Source: Candidatus Nanosynbacter sp. BB002
Lineage (GTDB): Bacteria > Patescibacteriota > Saccharimonadia > Saccharimonadales > Saccharimonadaceae
NCBI RefSeq assembly: GCF_037013405.1
Contig: NZ_CP146064.1
Span: forward strand, 30,001-62,000
Length of the DNA stretch: 32,000 bases
Direction: 5' to 3'
Shown: positions 1 to 7,898 of the stretch, in pieces
How positions within the stretch are numbered: position 1 is the stretch's first letter
How the letters are laid out: each line of letters opens with the position of its first letter
Notes under the pieces: model-generated
Database searches by the model: none
What the model saw: only the letters and a program-made list of their open reading frames with translations
Told to the model about the DNA's origin: nothing
Position numbers and translations under genes: made by a program

Positions 1-246
1 GATCCTGATCAAATCAGGCGAATGATCTATGAAGGAATTGAACGGGCGCACGGTGACGCCAAGACAACAGAAATTCCTGACCGACGACAGGCGATTGAGC
101 GAGCACTTGGCTCTGCGCAAAAGGGTGATATGGTGCTGATCACTGGGATGGGGCACGAAAAATACCGAATTGTGAATGGGCAGCGACTACCATGGAATGA
201 TAGTCAGGTAGTGCGCGAGATTTTAGGGCAGGAAAAAGCAGAATAA
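1..246 (+). CDS. murE: MurE-type Mur ligase, C-terminal fragment (5' end lies outside the window)
   Basis: The frame is open from nt 1. The C-terminal signature LITGMGHEKYRIVNGQRLPWNDSQVV matches the GKGHE..Q....R..F.D ending of MurE. Stop is TAA at 244-246. Confidence 0.7.
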   Translation, partial: DPDQIRRMIYEGIERAHGDAKTTEIPDRRQAIERALGSAQKGDMVLITGMGHEKYRIVNGQRLPWNDSQVVREILGQEKAE

Positions 247-1536
247 CTAACTCAATGACTTGCCGAAAAAAGCTTGTTTTTTGTTAAGCCATTCTTTGGA
301 TTGGCGGACAAGTTTTTCGGTATCTTTCGAACTTTTGAGGAGTGGTTTGATAGCTTCTTCGAGGTAGACACCACCTTGAGATCCTTTGAATAGTAAGACG
401 GTATCTTGATGAGCCAGGGATTGTAATAATTCTACAGCATCGATGGCTGTATCAAACGATGTAACAGTACAACCGTTGTCTTGGGCGGCTGGCGCCAAGA
501 ACGTAGCTGCATTGGATCCGATAGTGATAACGTGCGATAGTTGCGCTGGGTCGCATAGGGTACCGAGTGCACGGTGTTCAGACGCTGTTGTGTCACCAAG
601 CTCGTTCATATCTCCCAAGACGGCGATTTTGGCTTTACCAGGCAGCTGATAGAGTGTTTCGAGGGCTGATTTGGCAGCGAGCGGGCTGGAATTGTACGAA
701 TCATCGATGATCGTTGAGTTATTAATGCCGCTTAGGAGGTTCATTCGCCCCGACACGGGAGTGAAGTTCTCTAGAGCGGTGATGACACTTTCAACATCAA
801 GGTTGAACTCCAACGCAACAGCGGCGGCTCCAGCAGCAATGCGTAGCTGATGTTTGGCAACAACAGGCATGATAAACTCACGAGAGGTTTGTTCGCCGTG
901 GGTGAGAGTACAGGTGTATCCTTGGCTGTGATTGAACTGATGAGCGGTGATGTAATAGTCAGCATCTGGCTCAGTACTGTAAGAAAGATTGCGTTCAGAA
1001 TTGGCAAAAGCGATGAATCCAGAGTTGATATCATCACGGTTATACAGGGTAACGATGCTGTGGCTAGATAGGGCAAATTCTTCTTGGGCTACTGTTTTGA
1101 GATTGCCGAAAAACTCCATGTGCTCAGGAGATATGGCTGTGACGACGAGAATATCAGGGTGAGCGTAGCGACCAAAGGCGGTCATTTCACCGGGGTGGTC
1201 GATGCCAAATTCTTGAACGATGACGTTGATGTCGTGAAGTTGGCGAGCTGAGCGATAGGCGCGGTAGATGGTTGATAGCCAATCAGTGATGGATCGAGGA
1301 TTTTTCGGGCCATCAATACCAAGCATCTCCAGGGGTGCACTAAATTCAGCATTGAAATTACCCCTGTTGGTTCGAACTTTTTTGTTGTGTTTGAGAACGT
1401 CGACGATGGTTGATTTGGTGGTTGTCTTGCCGACGCTTCCGACAACGGCGACCAGGCGAATGTGTGGATTATTGTGGAAAAATTTACGCATAATTCGCAC
1501 CAATAGACACGAGATGAGAGATTTGAATAGCTTCAT
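247..1536 (-). CDS. murF: UDP-N-acetylmuramoyl-tripeptide--D-alanyl-D-alanine ligase (MurF-like Mur ligase)
   Basis: 429-aa ORF with P-loop VGSVGKTTTKS, a DDSYNSSP motif (MurF DDSYNANP) and KGSQGG near the C-terminus. Its stop codon directly abuts the murE stop; the two genes are convergent. Confidence 0.8.
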   Translation of the reverse strand: MKLFKSLISCLLVRIMRKFFHNNPHIRLVAVVGSVGKTTTKSTIVDVLKHNKKVRTNRGNFNAEFSAPLEMLGIDGPKNPRSITDWLSTIYRAYRSARQLHDINVIVQEFGIDHPGEMTAFGRYAHPDILVVTAISPEHMEFFGNLKTVAQEEFALSSHSIVTLYNRDDINSGFIAFANSERNLSYSTEPDADYYITAHQFNHSQGYTCTLTHGEQTSREFIMPVVAKHQLRIAAGAAAVALEFNLDVESVITALENFTPVSGRMNLLSGINNSTIIDDSYNSSPLAAKSALETLYQLPGKAKIAVLGDMNELGDTTASEHRALGTLCDPAQLSHVITIGSNAATFLAPAAQDNGCTVTSFDTAIDAVELLQSLAHQDTVLLFKGSQGGVYLEEAIKPLLKSSKDTEKLVRQSKEWLNKKQAFFGKSLS

Positions 1537-1542
1537 ATAGGT

Positions 1543-1551
1543 ATTATAACA
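1543..1551 (-). promoter_or_regulatory. Extended -10 promoter (TGT TATAAT) placed 6 nt before the murF ATG; predicted leaderless transcript
   Basis: The minus strand reads TGT TATAAT ACCTAT ATG (1551 down to 1534). The spacer contains no SD. Confidence 0.5.
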
Positions 1552-1596
1552 ATATCAAGGCGGGAGGGCTATTTTTAGGGAAGGGTATTGAGTGAA

Positions 1597-1623
1597 TTAG
1601 CACTCACCCTTGACGAGTGCTAA
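1597..1623 (+). promoter_or_regulatory. CIRCE operator (HrcA binding site)
   Basis: TTAGCACTC-ACCCTTGAC-GAGTGCTAA is an exact match to the canonical 9-N9-9 CIRCE inverted repeat. It lies 48 nt upstream of groES. Confidence 0.9.
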
Positions 1624-1639
1624 CGTGGTGCGATACAAT
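1610..1639 (+). promoter_or_regulatory. Candidate groESL promoter
   Basis: TTGACG (1610-1615), 18-nt spacer, TACAAT (1634-1639). The -35 lies inside CIRCE. Confidence 0.5.
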
Positions 1640-1670
1640 AAGATGTATTGTTAACGAAATGGAGGATATT

Positions 1671-1937
1671 ATGAGTGTACCTATTGAGCCTCTCGGTGAC
1701 CGCGTGGTAGCGGTGCGCGAGGAGGCGAAGACGCAGACGGCTAGCGGACTGTATTTGCCGGATAGCTCGAAGGAGAAGCCAGTGGTTGCTGAGGTTAAAG
1801 CGGTCGGCGGCGATGTCAAGAATGTGAAGGTGGGCGACAAAATTGTTTATAAGGAATATTCGACTACGGACTTGAAAATTGACGGCACGGAATATTTGAT
1901 CGTCCGCGAGGAAGATATTTTAGCAACGGTTGTTTGA
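1671..1937 (+). CDS. groES: Co-chaperonin GroES
   Basis: The sequence MSVPIEPLGDRVVV..GLYLP...KP..AEVKAVG is typical Cpn10. A GGAGG SD at 1661-1665 supports the internal ATG at 1671 rather than the ORF-track start at 1617. Confidence 0.95.
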   Translation: MSVPIEPLGDRVVAVREEAKTQTASGLYLPDSSKEKPVVAEVKAVGGDVKNVKVGDKIVYKEYSTTDLKIDGTEYLIVREEDILATVV

Positions 1938-1956
1938 GAAAAGGGGAGTTTACGTT

Positions 1957-3600
1957 ATGGCAAAAAAAGTATTTTACGATGACGATGCGCGCGCTCGCGT
2001 GTTGGGCGGTGCCGAGGCACTGTATAACGCAGTTAAGGTAACCTACGGGCCAAAGGGCCGCAATGTGGTGATCGCCAAGGGGTTTGGCGGGCCGACGGTG
2101 ACGCACGACGGCGTAACAGTGGCAGAAGGCATCGAGCTGCCAGAGAACGACGATGAGACGCTGGGCTACAAAGTTGGCGCTGATTTGATCAAGCAGGCGG
2201 CCAAGAACTTGAATAAGCAGGCTGGCGACGGTACCACGACCGTGACGGTGCTGACCTATTCGATCTTGAAGGAGGCCAACCGGTTGATCGCAGCGGGCCA
2301 CAACCCGATGGAGCTACGCAAAGGCATCGAGCAGGCTGGTGCAGAAATCGTCAAAGAGCTGAATAAATTAGCTGAGCCAATTGAGGGTAAATCTGAGCGC
2401 GTGGCGGAAGTGGCGACTATTTCGGCGGGTGACGCGGAAATTGGTAAATTGATCGCTGGTGTCATCGAGAAAGTTGGCAAAGATGGCGTGGTGACGGTCG
2501 AGGCTGGCCAAGGTTTGGAGTTGGAGGCTGAGGTTGTTGAAGGCTTTAGTCTAGACAAGGGTTGGGTAAGCCCGTTCTTCGTTACCGACACCGGTCGGCA
2601 AGAGGCGGTTTATGAAAAGCCAGCGATTTTGATCACCGATAAGAAAATTTCTAGCGTGCAGGAATTCCTGCCAATGTTGGAGAAATTGGCACAAAGCGGC
2701 AAGAAGGACGTGGTGCTGATCGCTGATGAAGTCGAAGGCGAGGCGCTGAGCATTTTGGTGCTGAACAAGCTTAAGGGTGTATTTAATACCGTGGCGGTCA
2801 AGGCGCCAAGCTTTGGCGACCGCCGCAAGGAGATTTTGCGCGATATCGCAGTACTGACTGGCGCAACGGTGATTTCTGAAGATCACGGTTTGACGTTTGA
2901 GAATGCTGGCTTGGAGGTCCTAGGTTCGGCGCGCAAAGTGATTGTCGGTAAAGATGAAACCACCATCGTTGAGGGCGCGGGTAAGCCATCAGCAGTACAG
3001 GAGCAGATTGCTCAGATTAAGGCACTGTCCGACAATGCTTCCAGCGAATACGAAAAAGAACAATTCGACAAGCGAGCAGCTGCCTTGAGCGGCAAGGTGG
3101 CCGTCATCAAAGTTGGCGGCGCGACCGAGACGGAGATTGACGAAAAGAAGTTCCGGGTAGATGACGCAGTAGCAGCGACCAAGGCGGCCTTGGCTGAAGG
3201 AATTGTCGCCGGCGGTGGTGTCACCTTGGTTAATTTGGCTGGCGGCCTGAAGGTGAGCGGCGCGGACAGCATCGCGGCTGGCCGGCAGATTCTGAAAGAC
3301 GCCTTGAAGCAGCCGTTCCTGCAGATTATGCGTAACGCTGGCTTGAACGCCGACGCACTCCTGGCGCAGGTCGAAGCGGGCAAGGCCGGATTTGGCGTTA
3401 ACGTCATGAAGCCTGAGAATGAATTGGTGGATGTCAAAAAAGCTGGCGTCATCGACCCAGCACGCGTCACCAAAGAAGCAGTGCAGAACGCGGTATCTAT
3501 CGCTTCAACTGCAGCAACCATGGGCGCACTGGTCGTCGACGTGCCAGAGCCAGAAGCTCCAGCTGCGCCTGGCGGTATGCCAGGTATGGGGATGATGTAG
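1957..3600 (+). CDS. groEL: Chaperonin GroEL
   Basis: Begins MAKKVFYDDDAR, contains AGDGTTTVTVL, and ends with a C-terminal GGMPGMGMM tail. An SD (AGGGGAG) precedes ATG 1957. Confidence 0.97.
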   Translation: MAKKVFYDDDARARVLGGAEALYNAVKVTYGPKGRNVVIAKGFGGPTVTHDGVTVAEGIELPENDDETLGYKVGADLIKQAAKNLNKQAGDGTTTVTVLTYSILKEANRLIAAGHNPMELRKGIEQAGAEIVKELNKLAEPIEGKSERVAEVATISAGDAEIGKLIAGVIEKVGKDGVVTVEAGQGLELEAEVVEGFSLDKGWVSPFFVTDTGRQEAVYEKPAILITDKKISSVQEFLPMLEKLAQSGKKDVVLIADEVEGEALSILVLNKLKGVFNTVAVKAPSFGDRRKEILRDIAVLTGATVISEDHGLTFENAGLEVLGSARKVIVGKDETTIVEGAGKPSAVQEQIAQIKALSDNASSEYEKEQFDKRAAALSGKVAVIKVGGATETEIDEKKFRVDDAVAATKAALAEGIVAGGGVTLVNLAGGLKVSGADSIAAGRQILKDALKQPFLQIMRNAGLNADALLAQVEAGKAGFGVNVMKPENELVDVKKAGVIDPARVTKEAVQNAVSIASTAATMGALVVDVPEPEAPAAPGGMPGMGMM

Positions 3601-3615
3601 TAGGTTACATCAAAC

Positions 3616-3644
3616 AAAATAGGGCCGGTAGTAGGCCCTATTTT
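3616..3644. terminator. Bidirectional intrinsic terminator between groEL and the convergent hypothetical gene
   Basis: The 11-bp stem AAAATAGGGCC / GGCCCTATTTT has a 7-nt loop. A and T runs flank it on both sides. Confidence 0.8.
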
Positions 3645-3659
3645 AATGAATTGGAATGA

Positions 3660-4148
3660 CTATTTTTGTGGATTTGACAGATAATCTATCTCTTTGATCA
3701 CATCCAGTAGGGCTTGAGCGCGGCGGGATTCGTCGGCGATGGCACCAGCTGCTGCATGTGCTGGAGCGATCAAGGCGCTGTCATCTGTTGAGCGTAGCAA
3801 CAACAAATAAGTGTCAAACTTTTCTTCCGGGGAGATGTTTAACTTATCAACCAGGGGACGAAGCTCTAGTAGTGCTTGTTGCTTGATGGAGTCTAGGTTT
3901 GAGTCACTTACCGGGGCTACAGGGGTCGTAGTATCGACGGAAATAGGCACTGCTGGCGGCGGCGCGACCATCAGATCATCTGTTGCCACTGGAATTGAAT
4001 TATCTGGCGGCGGCGCGACTACCTGAGCGTCGTCTGACTGCGGAGTTGTCCCCGTCTCTTCAAAGCTCAAATTATCATCTGTTTGTTGTGTTACACCTGC
4101 CAAAACCTTGGCAAGCTCTTGATCATCGGTAACTGATTGGTTTTGCAT
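3660..4148 (-). CDS. Hypothetical acidic, Pro/Thr-rich protein (162 aa)
   Basis: The long ORF has a GGGGTGGGG SD-like tract upstream of its ATG. It has a low-complexity N-terminal half and a helical C-terminal half. I recognise no family. Confidence 0.55.
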   Translation of the reverse strand: MQNQSVTDDQELAKVLAGVTQQTDDNLSFEETGTTPQSDDAQVVAPPPDNSIPVATDDLMVAPPPAVPISVDTTTPVAPVSDSNLDSIKQQALLELRPLVDKLNISPEEKFDTYLLLLRSTDDSALIAPAHAAAGAIADESRRAQALLDVIKEIDYLSNPQK

Positions 4149-4222
4149 GTCCCCACCCCGTATTATTAATGATTATGCTTATATATGTTATACTTTAGCA
4201 TGAAGAAAGGTGGTATGACAAG

Positions 4223-5263
4223 ATGCTTGATGATCCTATGATGATTCGGCGAAAAGATCCAGCCGACACCCTGTCTGGTTTGTTGCAGTTATCAACACAG
4301 ACTTCGTTTGAAGTAGTTATCGAAGGGAATGATTATGTCCCGGGAAGTATCAATACGGTGGTGATTGCTGGTATGGGTGGTTCGGCGCTGGCAGCAGAAA
4401 TGGTAATTGCGTTAACGAGGGGCTGGCTACATATTCCTCTGGTGGTAACAAAAGGCTATGATCTACCAGGTTTTGTGAATGATAATACCCTAGTTATCGC
4501 TATCAGTCATTCCGGTAATACAGAAGAGACCCTCAGTTGCTATGATCAAGCGCGTGCCAACAATTGTCAGCTGGCGGCAATTACCACAGGTGGATCCCTG
4601 TTTGAAAAGGCAGTGGTTGATGGCATAAAGAGGATAAAAATACCAGCTGGTGCGCAACCACGTATGTCAACAGTCTACCATCTGCGAGGATTGTTGAAGA
4701 TATTACAACATTTTTTGATTATCGATAGTGATTTGTATCAAAAATTGGAAGAAAGCGGCGAATGGTTATCTGGTCAGGTAAAAGCTTGGGCACCAGAAGT
4801 GCCAACCGAGCAAAACATTGCTAAACAGTTGGCACTCAAGTCGGCTGGCAAAACCCCGGTGATTTATGCTGGTGAATTAACATGGCCGTTGGCATATAAG
4901 TGGAAAATCAGCTGGAATGAATCGGCAAAAAATATAGCTTTTTGTAATCAATACCCTGAATTTAACCACAATGAGTTTATCGGCTGGTCATCTCATCCGG
5001 TCGAAAAGCCATTTGTGATTTTTGATTTGATGAGTCATTTGGAACATCCGCGTATTCGTGAGCGCATGGAACTGAGCGATCGACTGTTGAGTGGTATGCG
5101 TCCACACGCTGTGTCGGTGGAACTGCAAGGCGAGACCTTGCTTAAACAACTATTGTGGGGCTTGGCGCTTGGTGACGCCGCAAGTATTTATACAGCAATC
5201 CTGAACGGTGTTGATCCAGCACCAGTAAAACTGGTAGAACGTCTGAAGAAAGAATTAAGCTAA
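4223..5263 (+). CDS. SIS-domain bifunctional phosphoglucose/phosphomannose isomerase family protein
   Basis: Contains GMGGSALAAE and ISHSGNTEET SIS motifs, and its ~345-aa length fits the PGI/PMI family. SD AAAGGTGG lies 8 nt upstream, and an extended -10 (TGTTATACT) is at 4186-4194. Confidence 0.7.
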   Translation: MLDDPMMIRRKDPADTLSGLLQLSTQTSFEVVIEGNDYVPGSINTVVIAGMGGSALAAEMVIALTRGWLHIPLVVTKGYDLPGFVNDNTLVIAISHSGNTEETLSCYDQARANNCQLAAITTGGSLFEKAVVDGIKRIKIPAGAQPRMSTVYHLRGLLKILQHFLIIDSDLYQKLEESGEWLSGQVKAWAPEVPTEQNIAKQLALKSAGKTPVIYAGELTWPLAYKWKISWNESAKNIAFCNQYPEFNHNEFIGWSSHPVEKPFVIFDLMSHLEHPRIRERMELSDRLLSGMRPHAVSVELQGETLLKQLLWGLALGDAASIYTAILNGVDPAPVKLVERLKKELS

Positions 5264-5279
5264 ATCAAGTCCGAGTTAC

Positions 5280-6488
5280 TTAGTTACGCATCGCTTCAAT
5301 AGTGTTGCGGTTGGCAGCGCGTACGGCTGGATAAATACCAAAGACGACACCGACCAGCATGGCAGCGCCAATACTGACGACAGCAGGCTGCCAGCTCAAG
5401 ATTGGTGAAACTGGTAGGAAGGTGCTGACGGTATACGCACCGATTAAGCCAAAGATATACCCCATAACACCACCAGCTAAACCAATGATGACTGATTCGA
5501 TCAAGAATTGATGGATGATGTGTCGGTTGGTTGCACCAATTGCTTTACGGATACCAACTTCACGCTGTCGTTCGGCAACATTTACTAACATGATATTCAT
5601 GATGCTGATTCCGCCGACAAACAGGGAGATGATTGACACAGCGATCATGATTGCGGACAGTGACAACAACATAGCGTCACTAGTTGCAGTAATATCTTTA
5701 CCTGTGATGATATGGTAGTCATTAGCATCGTGGTGATTTTGATTGAGCTTTGCTGTGATGTCAGAAATTGCTTTCTCAAGAGATGAGTCGCCGTCAGTTT
5801 TGATGGCAATTTGCTGAATTTGTGCGATATTTTGTGTCAGCTTCTTGCTGACATCAAGTGAAACGATGGCTGAGTTGTTGAAGTTAACGCCTAGATAGGT
5901 GAGAGGTTGTTTGACTGGTTTTAAAACGCCCATGACCGTAAACGGCTTATCCTGAATACGCAGGACATTACCAAGTGAATATTCGGTACCAAACAGATCA
6001 ATTGACAATTGATGACCAATAACCACACCGTTGGCTTGCCCAACAAATTGACCATCGCGTAGTTCTAACTCTGCCAGATCTTTGATTTTTTCAGTGGTAC
6101 CAATGATGGCGGTTTTGTGCGCATCGATGCGTGAGTTGGCAGTAGTGATGGAGTTGTGAATAACTGACATCGGAGCGCTGTTTGGAGTGATGCGAGCAAC
6201 GTCCTGTACATCGTATTCGGTCAGGGTCGGGAGAGGTGTGATATTTTGCGCTTGAGACAACGACCGCTCGATATTACCACCCAGACCAGACCGTATCAAT
6301 GCCACACTGTCTTTGGTGGTTGAAAACTGTTGGTTGATCAATTTATTGACACTAACAGACAGGGACATGATCATAGTGATGCCCATGATACCAATAGTAA
6401 TGCCGGTAACCGTCAATGTTGTCCGACCGCGGCTGGCACGGAGGGATTGCATGGCGTTTTCTATGTGATTTTTAAATAAAAACCTCAC
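5280..6488 (-). CDS. ABC transporter permease, MacB/FtsX type
   Basis: 402 aa with one N-terminal TM segment, a large extracytoplasmic domain and a C-terminal FtsX-like 3-TM bundle (ERQREVGIRKAIGA). Its start overlaps the stop of the upstream ATPase by 4 nt. Confidence 0.85.
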   Translation of the reverse strand: MRFLFKNHIENAMQSLRASRGRTTLTVTGITIGIMGITMIMSLSVSVNKLINQQFSTTKDSVALIRSGLGGNIERSLSQAQNITPLPTLTEYDVQDVARITPNSAPMSVIHNSITTANSRIDAHKTAIIGTTEKIKDLAELELRDGQFVGQANGVVIGHQLSIDLFGTEYSLGNVLRIQDKPFTVMGVLKPVKQPLTYLGVNFNNSAIVSLDVSKKLTQNIAQIQQIAIKTDGDSSLEKAISDITAKLNQNHHDANDYHIITGKDITATSDAMLLSLSAIMIAVSIISLFVGGISIMNIMLVNVAERQREVGIRKAIGATNRHIIHQFLIESVIIGLAGGVMGYIFGLIGAYTVSTFLPVSPILSWQPAVVSIGAAMLVGVVFGIYPAVRAANRNTIEAMRN

Positions 6489-7459
6489 TTGGTCGTCTCC
6501 TTTTTGGAAGTTTGTGTCTTCTTTGTGGATTTGGTTGAAGATTTTTTGTCAGACTTTTCAGCGGGTTTATCATCTTCTTTTTTTGGTTTCTCGGCAAGCT
6601 TAGCCTCTTCTTTTTCAGGATGTTTGGCTGGCTTTACTTCCTCTTTGTTAGGCTTTTCGGTAGGTTCAGTAGCTTTTTTCTCAGATTTCTTGGGCTTATC
6701 TGATGGTTTTGCTTCTTTTTCTTCGTCAATAATTTCCAGGTTTTTCCTAAATGGTGCTGATTTCTGTAGCTGTTCATCTGTATCGATCCTGCCGTCAAGC
6801 ATGGTGATGACGCGGCTGGCGTACGAGGTCAACTCAGGGTTGTGGGTTACCATGATGATGGTATTGCCACGGCGGTGAATGTCGGCCAACTCTTCCATGA
6901 TGATATGGCTGGCCTTACTGTCTAGGTTACCAGTCGGCTCGTCCGCCAGGATGATTGACGGGCTGTTAACGAGCGCACGAGCAATCGCTACACGCTGAAC
7001 CTGTCCACCTGACAATTGGTGTGGCATGTAATATTCGCGTTCGCCTAAGTGAAAGTTCTTTAAGATTCGGCTGGCTTCCTGTAAGCGTTTAATCTTACTC
7101 ATGCCTTTGTATGTTAGCGGGAGAGACACGTTTTCTAGGACGCTCAAGCGAGGAATCAGATTAAAATTCTGAAACACAAAACCGATGTCATCTGAACGGA
7201 TTCGGGCTAATCGTTTTGAGCCGAGATTGTCCACTGAATCGCCGTTGAGGAAATATTCACCATCTGTTGCTTGATCTAGCAATCCGATGATGTTTAAGAG
7301 AGTGGTCTTACCACAACCACTTGGCCCCATGATGGCGATAAATTCGCCCTTCTCGACGGTCAAATTCACGTCGTCAAGAGCATAGTGTTCCGCATCGCCG
7401 ATACCAAAACACTTTGTAATGTTTGTGAGTCTTATACACGGTGCAACTGGTGTATCCAT
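6485..7459 (-). CDS. ABC transporter ATP-binding protein (MacB/LolD-like) with a 79-aa Lys/Glu/Pro-rich C-terminal tail
   Basis: Walker A is GPSGCGKTT, the signature is LSGGQ, and Walker B is ILADEPT. I place the start at ATG 7459 (MDTPVAPCIRLTNITKCFG); the 22-codon upstream extension looks non-coding. Confidence 0.85.
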   Translation of the reverse strand: MDTPVAPCIRLTNITKCFGIGDAEHYALDDVNLTVEKGEFIAIMGPSGCGKTTLLNIIGLLDQATDGEYFLNGDSVDNLGSKRLARIRSDDIGFVFQNFNLIPRLSVLENVSLPLTYKGMSKIKRLQEASRILKNFHLGEREYYMPHQLSGGQVQRVAIARALVNSPSIILADEPTGNLDSKASHIIMEELADIHRRGNTIIMVTHNPELTSYASRVITMLDGRIDTDEQLQKSAPFRKNLEIIDEEKEAKPSDKPKKSEKKATEPTEKPNKEEVKPAKHPEKEEAKLAEKPKKEDDKPAEKSDKKSSTKSTKKTQTSKKETTK

Positions 7460-7595
7460 ACTATATTTATTATATGCAGTACGGGAGGATATGCAACCAT
7501 AATAGTTATGTAAAATGTACATCATCAGCCCATTTTTATATTGTTACTGCGGTAGTTGGTTATTTCCCGTAAAGTTTTGTATACTAAATCAAGAC

Positions 7596-7687
7596 GGAAG
7601 GATGCAGGAGTGGTTGAACTGACACGCCTGGAAAGTGTGTAGACTCTTTACGGGGTCTCCGGGGTTCGAATCCCCGTCCTTCCGCCA
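7596..7687 (+). tRNA. tRNA-Ser (anticodon GGA), CCA encoded
   Basis: Hand-folded cloverleaf. Acceptor is GGAAGGA/TCCTTCC and the anticodon stem is CACGC/GTGTG with loop CTGGAAA. It has a long variable arm, a T arm of CGGGG-TTCGAAT-CCCCG, discriminator G and a genomic CCA. Confidence 0.92.
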
Positions 7688-7737
7688 AGTGCAAATAGGG
7701 TTATCTTCGATCGTCATTGTAAAATTAACAAAACCTA

Positions 7738-7791
7738 TTGCAAACCCTACATTTAGTGTTTATCATGGTGTATATACGCTATATCTATAGC
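7738..7791 (+). promoter_or_regulatory. Candidate nrdAB promoter (TTGCAA-17-TATCAT) with two NrdR-box-like sites
   Basis: Box 1 (ACCCTACATTTAGTGT, 7744-7759) matches 13/16 positions of the remembered NrdR consensus acaCwAtATaTwGtgt and fills the -35/-10 spacer. Box 2 (ACGCTATATCTATAGC, 7776-7791) matches 11/16. The boxes start 32 bp apart. Confidence 0.45.
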
Positions 7792-7828
7792 GGGTAGATA
7801 AACAAAAACCAAGAGGTGAGAAAAGCTG

Positions 7829-7859
7829 ATACCACAGGGGAGGTGCTGTTGGTATTTTT
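7829..7859 (+). terminator. Terminator-like hairpin plus U-run inside the nrdA 5' leader (possible attenuator)
   Basis: Stem ATACCACAG / CTGTTGGTAT has one bulge. The 8-nt loop is GGGAGGTG, and TTTTTCTT follows. The structure ends 40 nt before the nrdA ATG. Confidence 0.35.
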
Positions 7860-7898
7860 CTTGTGTCTCTATGACAAATATAGTTTAAGGGAGGTATA

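Noticed and set aside
3012-3617. A 201-aa ORF on the minus strand, together with other minus-strand ORFs at 1864-2301, 2256-2591, 2551-2886, 2610-2828 and 2798-2989.
   Set aside because: All lie antisense within groEL, which is an unambiguous gene. Their translations are low-complexity Ala/Ser/Thr/Pro strings typical of shadow ORFs opposite a GC-rich-third-position gene.
6489-6878. A 129-aa plus-strand ORF rich in Ser/Phe/Leu.
   Set aside because: It is the antisense mirror of the Lys/Glu-rich tail of the ABC ATPase, so it is a compositional artefact.
7460-7525. A 22-codon N-terminal extension (MMYILHNYYGCISSRTAYNKYS) of the ABC ATPase ORF.
   Set aside because: The region is AT-rich with promoter-like boxes (TGCATATAAT). 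ABC ATPases start close to the beta-strand preceding Walker A, and ATG 7459 fits that.
7689-7737. A possible terminator hairpin right after tRNA-Ser (AATAGG ... CCTATT).
   Set aside because: It has only a 6-bp AT-rich stem with a loop of about 30 nt and no U-run, so it is not a credible intrinsic terminator.
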